A stretch of DNA of 64,000 nt from Psilocybe cubensis. Its lineage: Eukaryota. The notes below the pieces were generated by a model. That model was not told the DNA's origin. It searched no databases and worked only from the letters and a program-made list of their open reading frames with translations. A program made the position numbers and the translations under genes. This document shows positions 34,601-47,427 of this stretch, piece by piece; positions within the stretch are counted from its first letter, which is position 1; every line of letters starts with the position of its first letter. The stretch lies in NCBI GenBank assembly GCA_017499595.2, contig CM038998.1:2914001-2978000 (forward strand). The letters run 5' to 3'.

Positions 34601-35751
34601 GGGTTACGGAAGAATTTAGGTCGGATCCTCTAACAACATTGAAGGCCTTTGATGCGTGGTGGGCCATGCAATCCCGAGGCGAATATGTCAGCGCCAACCG
34701 TTTCTGCATCGACAACTTCCTCTCGAAACCAACTTTGCTTATGATTCAAAAGATCAAGACACATCTTCTTCAATCTCTGTATCGTGCAGGTGTTATTGCG
34801 GTGTCAGCTGGAGGAGCCATCAATAAGGATGAAGTTTATAACCTTGGTACCCGGGGTCTCTCGGTCCCGGCGGCTTTGAATACCAACAAGGATTCATACC
34901 CACTTTTGACTGCGTTGATTACCATTGCCTCTCAACCTAAATTTGCTGTCCGTGTGACAGAAAGAAGTTTCCGAACAATAACTGACAAGGTGTGTATTTG
35001 CTGCAAATCATTTCCATTGATGCAAACTTATATTATCCTCTATTAGACGACTAGTATCCACCCCTCGAGCGTCAATCACTCAAGGAAAGAGCGTACGGTG
35101 GAGACAGAATCAACATCATCAGTTCCTCGTAGTGAGAAACAACTATTTGCCTTCTCAGAGAAGCGTAGAAATGACACGTCGGGAGCAAATGCTCAGACGT
35201 TCTTGGTTGGGACCACGCGTCTCGATCCTTTGACCTATATTCTATTCGGTGCATATAATGTGGATGTTGTCGAACGTGGATTGGAGTGCGATGGTTGGCT
35301 ACCTATTGTTGGCGATGTCAGAGTTCTGGATGAGATTCAGCGCTTGAAGAAATCCATGGAGTCCTGCATGTTGCGTGTTTTCGAGGGTATCACGATGAGC
35401 CGACAGCGTCCTGGTCAACAATTGCCCATTATTGCCCGAGAGGATACAGAAGAAGAGTTCGACCCCAACGATGACAATGGGAACATAGATTATTCCCTGT
35501 CCAGCGAAGAAGTTCGAGATTTGGATCTGATGACGAGGGATATTGTCAGTCTCCTTAATCGCCACAGCGATGAAAGGATAGCTAGCCAATCTCGGCAAAC
35601 GTCAAGAGCTCCTACTCCATTGTTTGGCTCTCCCCTTCCGTTTAATGCCAAACTTCCTGGTGCAGGGTCGATTTCAGGTTACTCGACACCGGCTGGTCAT
35701 AATATGTTCCAATCTCGGCCAGGAACTCCTAGTCGTTTCCGAAGGATGTAA
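31607..35751 (+). CDS. DEAH/RHA-family RNA helicase with N-terminal dsRBD-like domains (DHX30/DHX9/DHX36 group)
   Basis: AATGSGKTTQIPQ, TQPRRLAAIS, DEVHER, MSAT, VFLPGW, LATNIAETSVTIPDV, QRAGRAGR and an HA2 region. dsRBD-like segments IVGIGDSKDKKQSTHLAAL and RIGLGAGANKKTA. Confidence 0.93.
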
Positions 35752-36198
35752 CTTCCAAGTACTAGATACTGTTTAGATATTGCACGATTTTTCTATGAAA
35801 ATCAGGATGTATAATATATTATCTCACCTACTTAATTTCTACCTACACACAAATTATATGCTGTATTGGACCCCACTCTCAAAAAATATGCATTACCCAT
35901 CTCTTGGCGCAATGACCTTCAGCACTCTTCAGTTTTACTGTGGCGCCTTGGTAAGGCCCTTCCCCTGAATTGCTCCCGTTACTTCACGTGCGCTTCATCA
36001 TCATCAAGCGAACACGATCAAAGTGCTGCTACTTACAAGGCGTTAATAGCTTAGGCAAGCTTCAACCCCTCCGTGCATTTAATTACAGTAATCCATACGG
36101 GCAGGCTCCTGGCTCAACATACACTGGATACAATTTATCCTACGCTTCATCACGAATCATTTTGTCCAAACCTTTCTGTCTAACAATAGTTTACCACG

Positions 36199-39100
36199 AT
36201 GGCGACCAGCATGCGCGGACTGACCCAGGTGTGATCATTCTCCTCTGCAGCTATGACTGCTATTCTGAAGAGAATATCCAGTTCATCGCGGATATTCGCG
36301 GGGCTAGGGTCAAGGAACTTGAGGAAAAAAGGATCAATAAAGAGATGGCCAATATCCGTAAAAAGTTCAAAGGTATGGCTGCTTGTCCCAGTTCTACCAT
36401 GTCAATAATACTGACGTGAGTTTCATGTAGACGGTAACTTGGACGGGTACCAGAAGAAAAAGTAGGCCTGTGTTTAGTTTCATCATTCGACTTTCAAACA
36501 ATTCTCTTAGATATGTGGCCAAGATTATCTTCACATATATCCTGGGGTACAAGGTCGATGTGGGGCATATGGAGGCTATCAATCTTATTTCCAGTTCCAA
36601 ATACAGTGAAAAGCAGATAGTGAGTATTTTTCTGTCAATCAGTACGACCTTAACTCATAAATTCCAGGGATACCTTGCCGTAACACTCCTAATGCACGAA
36701 AACTCTGATTTCTTGCGACTTGTCGTCAATTCGATTCGGAAAGATCTTGATTCAAATCATGAAGTTGACAATTGTCTCGCTCTGCACGCCATTGCAAATG
36801 TCGGTGGGAGTGAAATGGCCGAAGCTCTGGTAGAAGACGTGCATCGTCTACTCATTTCCCCGTACGTAAATGGTTCCTCTCTTCATGTTTAGCACTTACA
36901 CAATTGATAGCACTTCTCAGAATTTTGTGAAGAAGAAAGCGGCATTAACACTCCTGAGACTGTATCGCAAACACCCAGAGGTCATTCCCGCTGCTGAATG
37001 GGCCGCCAGAATTGTCTCTATCATGGATGATCAAGACCTGGTGTGTGGTTACGTTTTTCTATTCTTCCACACGCTAATTTCCCCTTTGATAATCAAGGGC
37101 GTCGTGATATGCGTCACTAGCTTGGTTATGGCGTTAGCCCAGGACCATCTAGACGCGTATGCTGTGTGCTATACGAAAGCCGTTGATCGACTCCATCGTG
37201 TAAGTTATCCTGTTATCCGTTTATACTGTCTAATCATTGCCTTAGCTCGTCATTGATCGAGAATATGCCGCAACTTATGCGTACTATAAAGTGCCCTCTC
37301 CCTGGCTTCAGGTCAAACTCCTTCGATTACTTCAGTATTATCCCCCTTCTGGTCTGTTTGTGCATTAGATGTATAGAAACTTGTCGCTCACCTGTTTTGC
37401 AGAGGATCCCACCATCATTGCAGTACTACAACAGGTGCTCCAAACTATCATGAACAACTGTGCCGAACCATCTCGTAACGTTCAACATAATAATGCTCAA
37501 CATGCCGTGCTGTTTGAAGCTATCAGTCTTGCCATTCACTTGGATACAAACTCACCTCTGGTAGGAACCGCTGCAGTCCTTCTGGCCCGGTTTATTTCTT
37601 CAAAAGAAACCAACGTCAGGTACCTGGGACTTGACACCATGGCCCATCTTGCTGCTCGAGCTGAATCACTAGAACCTATAAAGAGACATCAGAACACCAT
37701 CATTCTATCCCTCCGCGATAAAGACATATCGGTTCGACGCCGCGCTTTGGACCTGTTGTATTCCATGTGTGATGTTGACAACTCGGAATTAATTGTAGGA
37801 GAACTCCTGCGATACCTCAGAGTGGCTGATTATGCATTAAGGGAAGAAATGGTCCTCAAAATTGCCATTCTGACAGAGAAATACGCCAACTCATATAAAT
37901 GGTACGTCGACATGATTCTTCAGCTGATCAGCACGGCTGGAGAACATGTTGGCGACGAAGTATGGTACAGAGTGGTGCAGATAGTCACGAACACCGAGGA
38001 CCTTCAGGAATATGCTGCTAAAGCCGTATTTGAGCATCTGAAGGCACCATCAACACATGAAAGTCTCGTCAAAGTTGGGGGTACGTTTTCTCAATTCCCT
38101 CGTTAATCTAATCAATTCTCACCAACGACAAGGCTATATTCTGGGTGAATACGGTCATCTCATTGCAAACGAACCGGGTTACAGTCCAATCGAACAATTT
38201 CAACTACTTCACTCAAAATCTCAATTCTGCGTTGCATCTACCCGTGCCCTGCTTCTATCTACCTATATCAAATGGGTAAATGTTTTCCCAGAAATAAAAC
38301 CTCAACTCTTGAACATTTTCGAACGTTACCGGCATGTGCTTGATGCAGAGCTACAGCAACGTGCATGTGAATTCTACGCTCTGGCCTCGCGGCCAGATGA
38401 AGACGAATTCCTACAGAATATTTGTGAAGAAATGCCTCCTTTCCCTCCTAGAGTCAGTGCATTACTTGGCAGTCTCAACCGAAAACATGGTGATACAGGC
38501 GACAAACGAATTTGGGTACACGGCGGAAAAGAAGCAAATTTAGATCGAGAAATTACAAAGCGTAAAACTTTAATGGTGGATGTCTCGGGCAATGACAACA
38601 CATCTTCAACTTCAGCAAATGGACAGGGTGAAATCCTGAATTCCTTGGCAGGCTTGGATCTATCAGCCTCACCCAATCCTTCATCATCATTGCCTTTGAT
38701 AGATAATATCGAGAAGGGGCCCCGGTTGACTGTTGGACCGAATGTGGAGCGATGGTTCGAGAAGCTCACATATGTAGCTGAAGGTGTCCTCTACGAAGAC
38801 GTACAGATTCAGGTCGGCATCAAATCGCGTTATCAAGGACACATAGGCCAACTAGCTGTATACCTTGGCAACAAAGTTGATGCACCGCTCACTTCTTTTA
38901 CTGCAACTTTACATGTTCCCGATTCAGAAGCCCTCTCTGTGTCTTTTGCAAAAATACCTCCAACCACTATCGGACAGAGGAGCCAGTCACAACAACTCCT
39001 TCACGTAGAGTGCAAAAAGGTCTTCACTGCACCGCCAATCCTCACAGTCTCTTATCTAGCGGGATCACACCAAAGTATTTCGGTGCGACTTCCAATAGTC

Positions 39101-39528
39101 CTCAGCAAATTTTTTGAGCATGTGAAACTCGGTCAAACGGATTTCTTCGAGCGATGGAAGCTTATTGGGGGCGAACGCGAGGCCCAGAGCATCTTTCCTA
39201 TTGGCTTGACTTCAGCTGGCCAATTAGACCTAACAAGAAACCGACAAGTAGTATCGGGTTATGGTTTGAATATTCTGGAGGATATTGACCCAAACCCAAA
39301 CAATCTGGTTGCTGCGGGTGTACTTCACATGTCTGTCGAAGGGAAGGTTGGTTGTCTCCTGAGGTTGGAACCTAACAAAGATGCAAAGGTATGTCCGACT
39401 CTTTAAAAAAGTTAAAATTGCTCAATGAATTTACATAGCTTTGTCGATTGACGGTACGCAGTACTTCTGGAGACGTAGCCACGGAAGTACAAAAACTAGT
39501 ACAAAAACCACTACAAGTAGCACCATGA
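36199..39528 (+). CDS. APL3: AP-2 adaptor complex alpha subunit (alpha-adaptin)
   Basis: MATSMRGLTQ/FIADIRGARVKELEEKRINKEMANIRKKFK, KYSEKQIGYLAV, FVKKKAALTLLRL, SLRDKDISVRRRALDLLY, DAELQQRACEF and the appendage motif KVGCLLRLEPN. Confidence 0.97.
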
Positions 39529-39631
39529 ATAAATTATCATCAGCACCTGGATATAACATTCTAAATAATATAAGCATCCAATGTCCCGATATAAATGTTC
39601 TTAGATATAAAAAAGAATCCCTACAAGTTCG

Positions 39632-42600
39632 TTACCTTCGAAGAATGCCTCTGAGCAAGCCTTTCTTGCGCTTTCCTGGATCGTCTGTTGAATCAGCAGA
39701 AGGTTCTGTTGATGGTAGTAGTCGGATAGGTATAGGTGAGTCTCGCTTGCCGAAAGCTGGCACTGAATCCGTAGAGGGTGCTTTGATATGAAGCTGGCGT
39801 GTGGTAGTTGAGATCCAACTTTCTTGTTCATCCGTAGCTGAGCTTGATCCCCAGCTGATAAGTGAACTTTCACCAGCAAGAATATGGCGACGCGTGGGAC
39901 TAGTGGGAGTTTGAGAAGGAGCCGTTGCTGGTCGAGAAGTCCTTCGTTGCCGATTGGGTGTAATGTTTGTCGACATGACTGTCCCTGAAACTTCAGTGAT
40001 GCGGATAGGTTGAGCTCCGTTAATAAGGAGTTCATTATCTGGAGAACTATCTTGGTTTGTTGGTCGTCCGCTCTCAGATGACAATTTGCTGGCTAATTGG
40101 CTGACCCTAAGTAGAGCTTCCTCTTCGACTTCGAAACATTTCGAACAGAATTCATCGATGGCATGATCAATCTCGTCTCCTATTCTCGGGCGAAAATTGA
40201 GGTCTCTCGAACCTCGAATCACTGCTGATGTTATAATAGCAAGATGTTTAGGTATGTCCAGAAGGTGTGGAAGAATGGGGACAGCTTCCTTATCCAAGAC
40301 TTTCATTTTCTTCGTCCGATGGCGCAAGGCGTTGACAACGTTAAGACGATCATGTCGATTCATAGCATCTCCCAGCATCGAAGATGGAGTGCCCTCAACA
40401 GGCGTCGAAACCGCATGAAGGTAATCTATCATGACCGGAACACTTTCTTCTAAAAATCCTTGAACTCTTTTCATAAAACTTTCTTTCTGCACATTCTATA
40501 ACAATACCATTAATGACGAAAGCTAAAAAGAACATCTTAGTAAAGCTCACAGGATTCAGATTCGCAAGACTCTGAATGACTTTTGCGATTAAAGTCAAAC
40601 TTCGTTGAACGGGAACACTTGGAAGACCTGCAACGAAGAGGAGTTAAAGACTGGTTCGAAGTGCATATCAAGGAATCAGACAGAAACGCGTACCTGGGCA
40701 AAGGCCAAACAGATGTGGGTTTAAGATAGCAGGAACGATGAATCTCAAAAAACAAAACGCGGAGACACTTTGCCATCGCAAATTCTTGTTATTGTCTAAT
40801 GAGGCAGGGTTTGGTTGGTAACGTTGCTCCACTAGAGTACGAATCGTTTTGAATAGAATTCTCATTTCACTAGAAAGTCGTGAGAGCATGTTACGCGAAT
40901 GAAAAAAAAATACACTTCACTAACTTGGGACACTCATTCCGAACAGAATATATTTGAGTCCAAAATTCTTGGCACCAATATTTAAGTTGTTCAACATTCC
41001 TTTCGACGTCTCTTGTACCCTTTCCGGACCGCATGGGGTCGACTTCGATCGCGACCTTCTCCGCGCAAAGTCTACGCAAAACAGTCCCGATGCTAGCTTC
41101 CAAGAATGTTTTACCATACCACGTCATACATAGCTCTAGAGTTTTTGTCAGAGTTGTATTGCCGCGGAACAGAGTTTGTTGAGCTGTATTGCGGTGTAAT
41201 TATGAGCATGGATGGGTACCAAACTCGATACATTAAGCAAGTGTGACTTACATGTCGACGTATTTTCAACTTCTTGAGCGGCGTATTGTTGTACTTGCTC
41301 AATAACAACATTTGTCGCAACGGCGATAGACATCAAATGGGAAGATATATTCTTTAATTTCAGTCGACTCTCCAAATCTGACATCCAGTCTAGAAAGTTT
41401 CGTGATTTGCATGTCTGATAGAATTAATTATTGAAGATAGTAACGTTGAATAAGAATACTTACTTTCATAAGGCCTTTATAACAAGAATAGGGCAGTATT
41501 ATTTCTCTAAAAGTGTATTAAGCACCAAAAGATAACTAATGATGGGGAAAACTCACTCGTCGACTCGGATCTTTAGACGCAGTTCACCGAACTGAACTTC
41601 TGTCCCTATAGAACCTGTCTGAAGCACAGGAAACCAGCCTTCCACTGTATCCCCTCTCCTGAAATTAGCCAATGCTATACGCGTGATTCCAAGGACGGCA
41701 GGTTTAGAAAGTTTTTTTTCCCGCCATACAACAATCTCCAGGTTCTCGAAAGGAGGTAGACCAGAAAATAGGAAACTTTCATGCCAGTCTAATGCCCCCA
41801 ATCCCCTCTTTGTTGTTGTACGGCTACAGAGAATATCATTTAGGTGGATTTCACATGAGACGTCGACGTCTGCACCATCATTTTCTGCGCCATAATCGTG
41901 TCCATTATATGAATTGACAGGGATACCAATATTTCGTCCTTGTGTAACCGTGAGTTCAACTTGACGCCACATTCGATACGATCCCCCGTCCATCGGAAAG
42001 AACCATCGTCCATATATCTCCGGGATCGCGTATGACTTAAGAAGGGCCTGCCAGGTAGAAGATGTATCGGCATTTGGGAATTGAATGTACAATGGCTCTG
42101 CTGTGTGTGATGATGTCCACCTTTGCCCTCTATGGCGCGTTGTAAGCCTACTAAGGGACGAAAATTGGGACGAGAAACTCACGCAATGCAAAATATCCCA
42201 ACACAATCCTTTCGATAGAACAGAGAATTATCGGCTTGCCTTATGTCAGTTTGGTTTAGAAGATGAACGTAGACAGTTTGGAAGAGAATGCTCTCCTGCG
42301 GTGCAATGAGATTTGAGAGGTCAAGTCCGGCATGTGAAGGATTGATCAACGCACGTCAAGATAGACATTTAGAAGACAGCGTTCGCCTTCCTCCAGTAAT
42401 CTGCATGTAGCAGGCCTCCATTGACCGGTACCATTCAATCCCTTTTGTAGCGAGAGCCAATTCGAACTGGCTCTCTCTGCCGAAGGTCTGTTTATTAGTT
42501 CATATAGCTAACAAAGATAATCATAAACCAACAGACCTTTCAGTTTAACATCGTCGCCTGCTGAATCGCGTTTATCGCCTTTCTTACGGGTTGTCGCTGG

Positions 42601-42766
42601 CTGTTGCAACTCGATATATCAGAGTGAATGAGAGTCACGCATTACTGGAGAAACCCACCTTGCGTAGCGTTGCGCCGGCCGCATTTGACACATATAGTTC
42701 AACAGAAACAAGGAATTCTCTCGGCGTTTCTGAAGAAGTTGGATAGTTGTCCCAGGTGCTGGACAT
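39632..42766 (-). CDS. Ras GTPase-activating protein with C2 domain (Bud2/Cla2-like), multi-exon
   Basis: C2 domain (WHESFLFSGLPPFENLEIVVW...VEGWFPV...ELRLKIRVDE); arginine-finger region TLFRGNT; RasGAP signature FCFLRFIVPAILNPHLFGL; LTLIAKVIQSLAN. The start ATG at 42764-42766 is inferred. Confidence 0.88.
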
Positions 42767-43353
42767 ACTGGTATGACGAAAAAGACCAACGTCGGCAAGG
42801 GAGGTTATAACGTGGCTCTGTTCGGAGTGGTTACTCTCATTTATCGAGTTGGAGAAATCAGACGCTCAAATTGGATTCATGTGGTGGTGCCCTGAGAAAA
42901 GCTATGTCTCTAAATGGAGGTATGTGTTGAAGCAAGTGAAGTGGCAGTGTTCGCTTTAGTCCTTATGTAGTGGGCTAGACTACCATCACCAATGCTAGCA
43001 ATGAATCATTGGTTGGGTCAGTATGGTTGATTGAAAGGCGGTTTGTAAAATGGTATATGTATATGACGATCTCAGCATAAATCACAGCCCGAATCTAGTC
43101 CACTCCAAGCCTCAATATTGACATTACTATGTAGAAAAACATATACAACACGTCTTCCTAACACAGATCATCAACTACTGTATCTCGAGGATGTCAAGAA
43201 AGCTCTATTATTAGTGCCATGTGTAATGTTCCAGAGAGGTATATAGGCGCATCGTATTAACTTAGTGGTCTCCCGTAACCAGTTCATTTAATCCTTGTGC
43301 CTAAACGGATATTGACGTTAGCATGAATATAACAACTTGAGGCAGAAAGGGTC

Positions 43354-44592
43354 TCACGAGGTCCCGTTGGCAATTCCATTAGCAGCACCGTTGGCCTTTC
43401 CGTTTGCGTGTCCATTTGCCGATCCATTAGAAGCGGGCTTGGAAGCAGGCTTCTTGTATGTTCGGAAGTAGAAGTCGATAAACAGGAAAAGGTAGCTAGT
43501 GAGGAGGAAGCAACCGAAAAGGGCAGCTTGTTCAGAGCCAGCGCAGTTACCGATATATGGAAGGCTTGGGTAGTACTTGAAGGCCATGCGCTCGTAAGCT
43601 GCACATGTCAGTTTAAAAGTTGAGCAGTACTTATACATGTAAATACTTACTTCCGAAATATACAACCAAGATGTCAATGACGAATTGGGTGATTTGCATG
43701 CTAGTGAGATATTTTTTCCACTGTTCAAGTCAAATGTTAATAATATAAATACTTGATAACAAGAACATATGCTTGCCCAGAATTTAGCTCCCCCGGCCGT
43801 GGCGTAGTAGTAGTAGTCTATGAATAAAAACAAAGGCTCGACACTAAATACCTGAAGTAACAATGTGAACTTACACATAATGACGTGAACGGCCAGATTG
43901 AGAGTGATCACGGACCAGGACTGTTGAGTCGGAGTTAAGGATAAGTTACAGAAGAACTAGTGTATGGAACGTACGATGCTGGTCCTTCCGTTAAGCTGCG
44001 TGAAGCAGAGCAGCGCGGTCGCAGAGTGATGGAACACATGAAGGAATTCTGACGTTTATTTAAAAGAAATAAGCAGGGAAACATATTGTGCTGGTGATAC
44101 GTGGAAGACATACGCAAGGGTTTCTTCTTGAGCGCGAGGAATACGGTGTCAAGTAATTCAATGTACTTGAAGTAATAATTAATCATATAGTAGAATTCCA
44201 TTCTCTGATAAGAAAATATCATGTTAGAAAGATAATAACGCGTCAGTACGCAATGAAACACGCACGGGTGTCCAAGATTCCGAGGCGCAAAGAGCGTGAT
44301 GAATGCCATTATTCCAGATGTTGGGTACGATTTCCTCAAGCATCAAAACAAGTAAAAGAAGACTTCCGGAGCTGAGGAGAACATTATGAATTTGGAAAAG
44401 GGTCGTGAGCTTGAGAGGTTTCTTGTCCTTCATGAGGGCCTGAATGCCGAAAATGATGACGAGGTATGAAATTAGGGTCGTAGTAACCGTTTTGGTGGTT
44501 GAAAGGGGGGTGGTTCCTTCAACATAAGAATAAAGATGAACCGGGAGACGGTAGGGTATTATGTCCAGGAGGAAACCTGCAAGGGAAGCCAT
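43354..44592 (-). CDS. Fatty acid elongase (GNS1/SUR4, ELO family), multi-exon
   Basis: [34 protein letters not shown], the FLHVFHH histidine box, [35 protein letters not shown]. Confidence 0.96.
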
Positions 44593-45236
44593 GGCAAACA
44601 GAGAGAATTAAGGAGCGAAGAAGCAACGGGTTCGAGAGATGCCAAAATTTGAAGCGATCAAACCTGGGGTGTGACACTGTTACAGTAACGCGCGTAATTC
44701 ACGTGTTTAACACCCGGAACCCATCCCACTGCTCAACCATATGGCCGGCTCAACCATTTCTCTCCCCATAAAATTGTCGTTTTTCAGAACTCACCCTCAA
44801 AGCCGCAAATATTCCCCAGCTCAAGCTCCGCAGGTCTGCGTATAGCCTGGAACCGTGCACGAGCTATGATCCCACTTTGCCAACTGGAATTTTCCCCACC
44901 TTGTCACAACTTGTCAGATTGGATTTATAATAATCTTCTGTCAGACCGGTCTATTCGGAATACTATTATGCTATATGATCTTCAGAGTACCCCGACGCAT
45001 ATCACTCGGGTTTTTAATCCTAAATGTATTTTTCTTCTGCGTTGAGCACCAGCTAAATCCGACAAGAGGCACATAGGGGTCAAAGGCATAAAATTAAATC
45101 TTGCAATTTTTCGATGGGCCAATTGGTTGTTTTCCATTATAATTACCCCAATGCCAAGCTAAATACAAGTCCGAAGTATACAATACAGTGATCAAAAAAG
45201 GTCCTCGATGAGCCTCGACGCCTGAAAGGGAACCCG

Positions 45237-47074
45237 CTATGTGATAATTAAACAAGAAACGCCATCCAGATCGACAAGGGCGACTTGCTCTCTGTTGACG
45301 CTGTTGTAAGATAAACCTAGACGAAGGAAGGGACACAAGGTGCATACCGTTTTAGCCTTCTACTGGATTCATCCAACTTGTCAAGCAATGCAGGAGTGTT
45401 GATAGGTTTTTGGGATACAAGACATAACGATGAATTAGATGGTGCCAGTGAATATGTGGCCGAGATCTGTTAAGAAATATAGATGTCGGTCACATTGACG
45501 GTGGTTCACCGACTCACTCCAGATGAACGTAGCGACTGCAATAAATCATGAACAAACGGAAGAAACCGTGAACGAAGCTCGTTCAGATCATGCAGATCCA
45601 GACCTTTCGTAGACCATTCAGTATATAAATCATGAATAGAGAATCCCAGGCCTACATGTATCCGTTGAATAACTGAAGGTCGGGACTGTACAGTATAGGC
45701 GCACAAAAGATGTTCCGGAATCAGCGGTCAACCTAAATAGGCAATGCGTTGGGATCCCGTTGGCTTAACAGTTGCTCTAGTACATAGATTCGTACTTTGT
45801 GAAGGATGATATAGCTTCACGAAGGCTCCCGAGCTGGCCAGAGCAATGAGCAAATATACACATTGCTAAGGGAAATCATCGGTACTTCACTGATTTGGGG
45901 CCTCTCCTGTTGGGGGAGGGACAGGGGCGATGTCTGTGGGTAAAGCGACAGCATGAGAGGCCAAACGAGGATAGGGAGATGAGGGCTGTGGTTCAAGATG
46001 GTTTCACGTAGATGCACACGACCATCGAAGGGTTGAACGATGAACTATTATATACTTCGTCGAAGGGGTCGTGTTCTAGGGTCTGTCACGAGGGATCGGA
46101 ATGGCACGGGAAAGGTCTCGGCTCATGGGAGGGACTAAGTGGCAATGAAATCAAAGTCAAGCTATTTTGGTTTCCAATACTCGCCGAACTGGGATGCCAA
46201 TGATTGCCCGATTGCTGCATCTAGACAGAGGCGAGAGAACATGGTGTTATTTTGTGTTGTTACTATCGATGAAGAACGAAAGCTTGAAGCCAGATCTAAC
46301 CCGGAACATAAATCTGCTGTGATCAGAAGACCTGTTTGTCTGTTTCGGGATTCAGGTGGAGCACATTGTGCGCGTCCTTATAAGCGGGACAAGACATTTG
46401 GTAGTTAGACGCCTTTGCTGCCTACTTCTTGGCCGAGATGTTGTCCTTGTCACAGATTTTGAGTTCTAGTCGACTTCTATGCCATATTCAAAACCACAGC
46501 AATTATCAGACCCGTGCATCTTCTGAACAGTGTGATACGTCATCGACATAGTTATGCAACAAGCCTTTAGAGTAGTTGCAATTGCGCCTCCGTGCGGATT
46601 GCCGTACGAGAGACACCTGTAGGCTACGGTCAAGGCACTTGTAGGGTCTGGGACAAAATCAGACACTATCAGATTGTCCAATGTATTCATGATATGGCCG
46701 CTGATCGTTTCATCAAGCCCCAGTTGCGTAACAAAAGAAACGAATAGAACTCTTTGAGTAGTCGCCGCAAGAACTTACGATTCAATATCGGTGAAAATAC
46801 CATTGGCCTCTCCCAGTCTTCCAGATATATACCAGATTGTAACCCTGAATAGAGTCCTAGATTCTTTCGCCGCTGGATGAGTCAAACTGTATTCTTTCGC
46901 AGAGGAAAAGCACCAAGAATAGACTATACATCGAAGATATATTGGCCGATTTTTACGCCAGTGCCGAATGCGGTTTAACTTTAAGTAGCTTGTATATGTC
47001 TTCATCCTACGCATCGAAGCCGAATGAAACGTTGTTGTTTTGATGATCAGGAACACAAGCAGAAAGAGTTGCAT
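45237..47074 (-). CDS. Putative orphan gene or pseudogene built of many short exons
   Basis: Series of GT...AG intervals of 45-70 nt. The last exons join in frame as SLRSSG/ISATYSLAPSNSSLCLVSQKPINTPALLDKLDESSRRLKR/VNREQVALVDLDGVSCLIIT*. The upstream exon structure is uncertain and no family is recognised. Confidence 0.4.
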
Positions 47075-47427
47075 TTAGGCCCGCGGGGGCAGCCCTTCAA
47101 CGTTCCCAAGGTACAATTGAATATAAAGGAAGTGGATGAATAAATAGTAAATGTTACCAAGAAAGTGCATATTCGGGGTGCCAATGACGGCCCAACGGAA
47201 CGCTAGCATTTACAAGAGAGTGTCGCAATTTTTGGTCGAATTCCCCTAAAATCGGACTGCAAGAAGGGATAGAAAGTAGAAAGCATAACTGCGCCACTTT
47301 GATATGACAGCGATCGACACCGTTCTTCGCTAAAACGTTTATGCTCAAGGTATACGAGTTTCTTGTTGGTGCTGGATAGGTGCTGTGATTCCAAATGTCC
47401 TTGTTGCTGTTGCAGATAACTGACTAG

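Noticed and set aside
43357-43431. ANG-x repeat tail of the elongase ([23 protein letters not shown])
   Set aside because: A common low-complexity tract in fungal proteins.
44671-44706. Palindromic motifs upstream of the elongase (ACGCGCGT, CACGTG)
   Set aside because: Too short to call as regulatory sites without comparative data.
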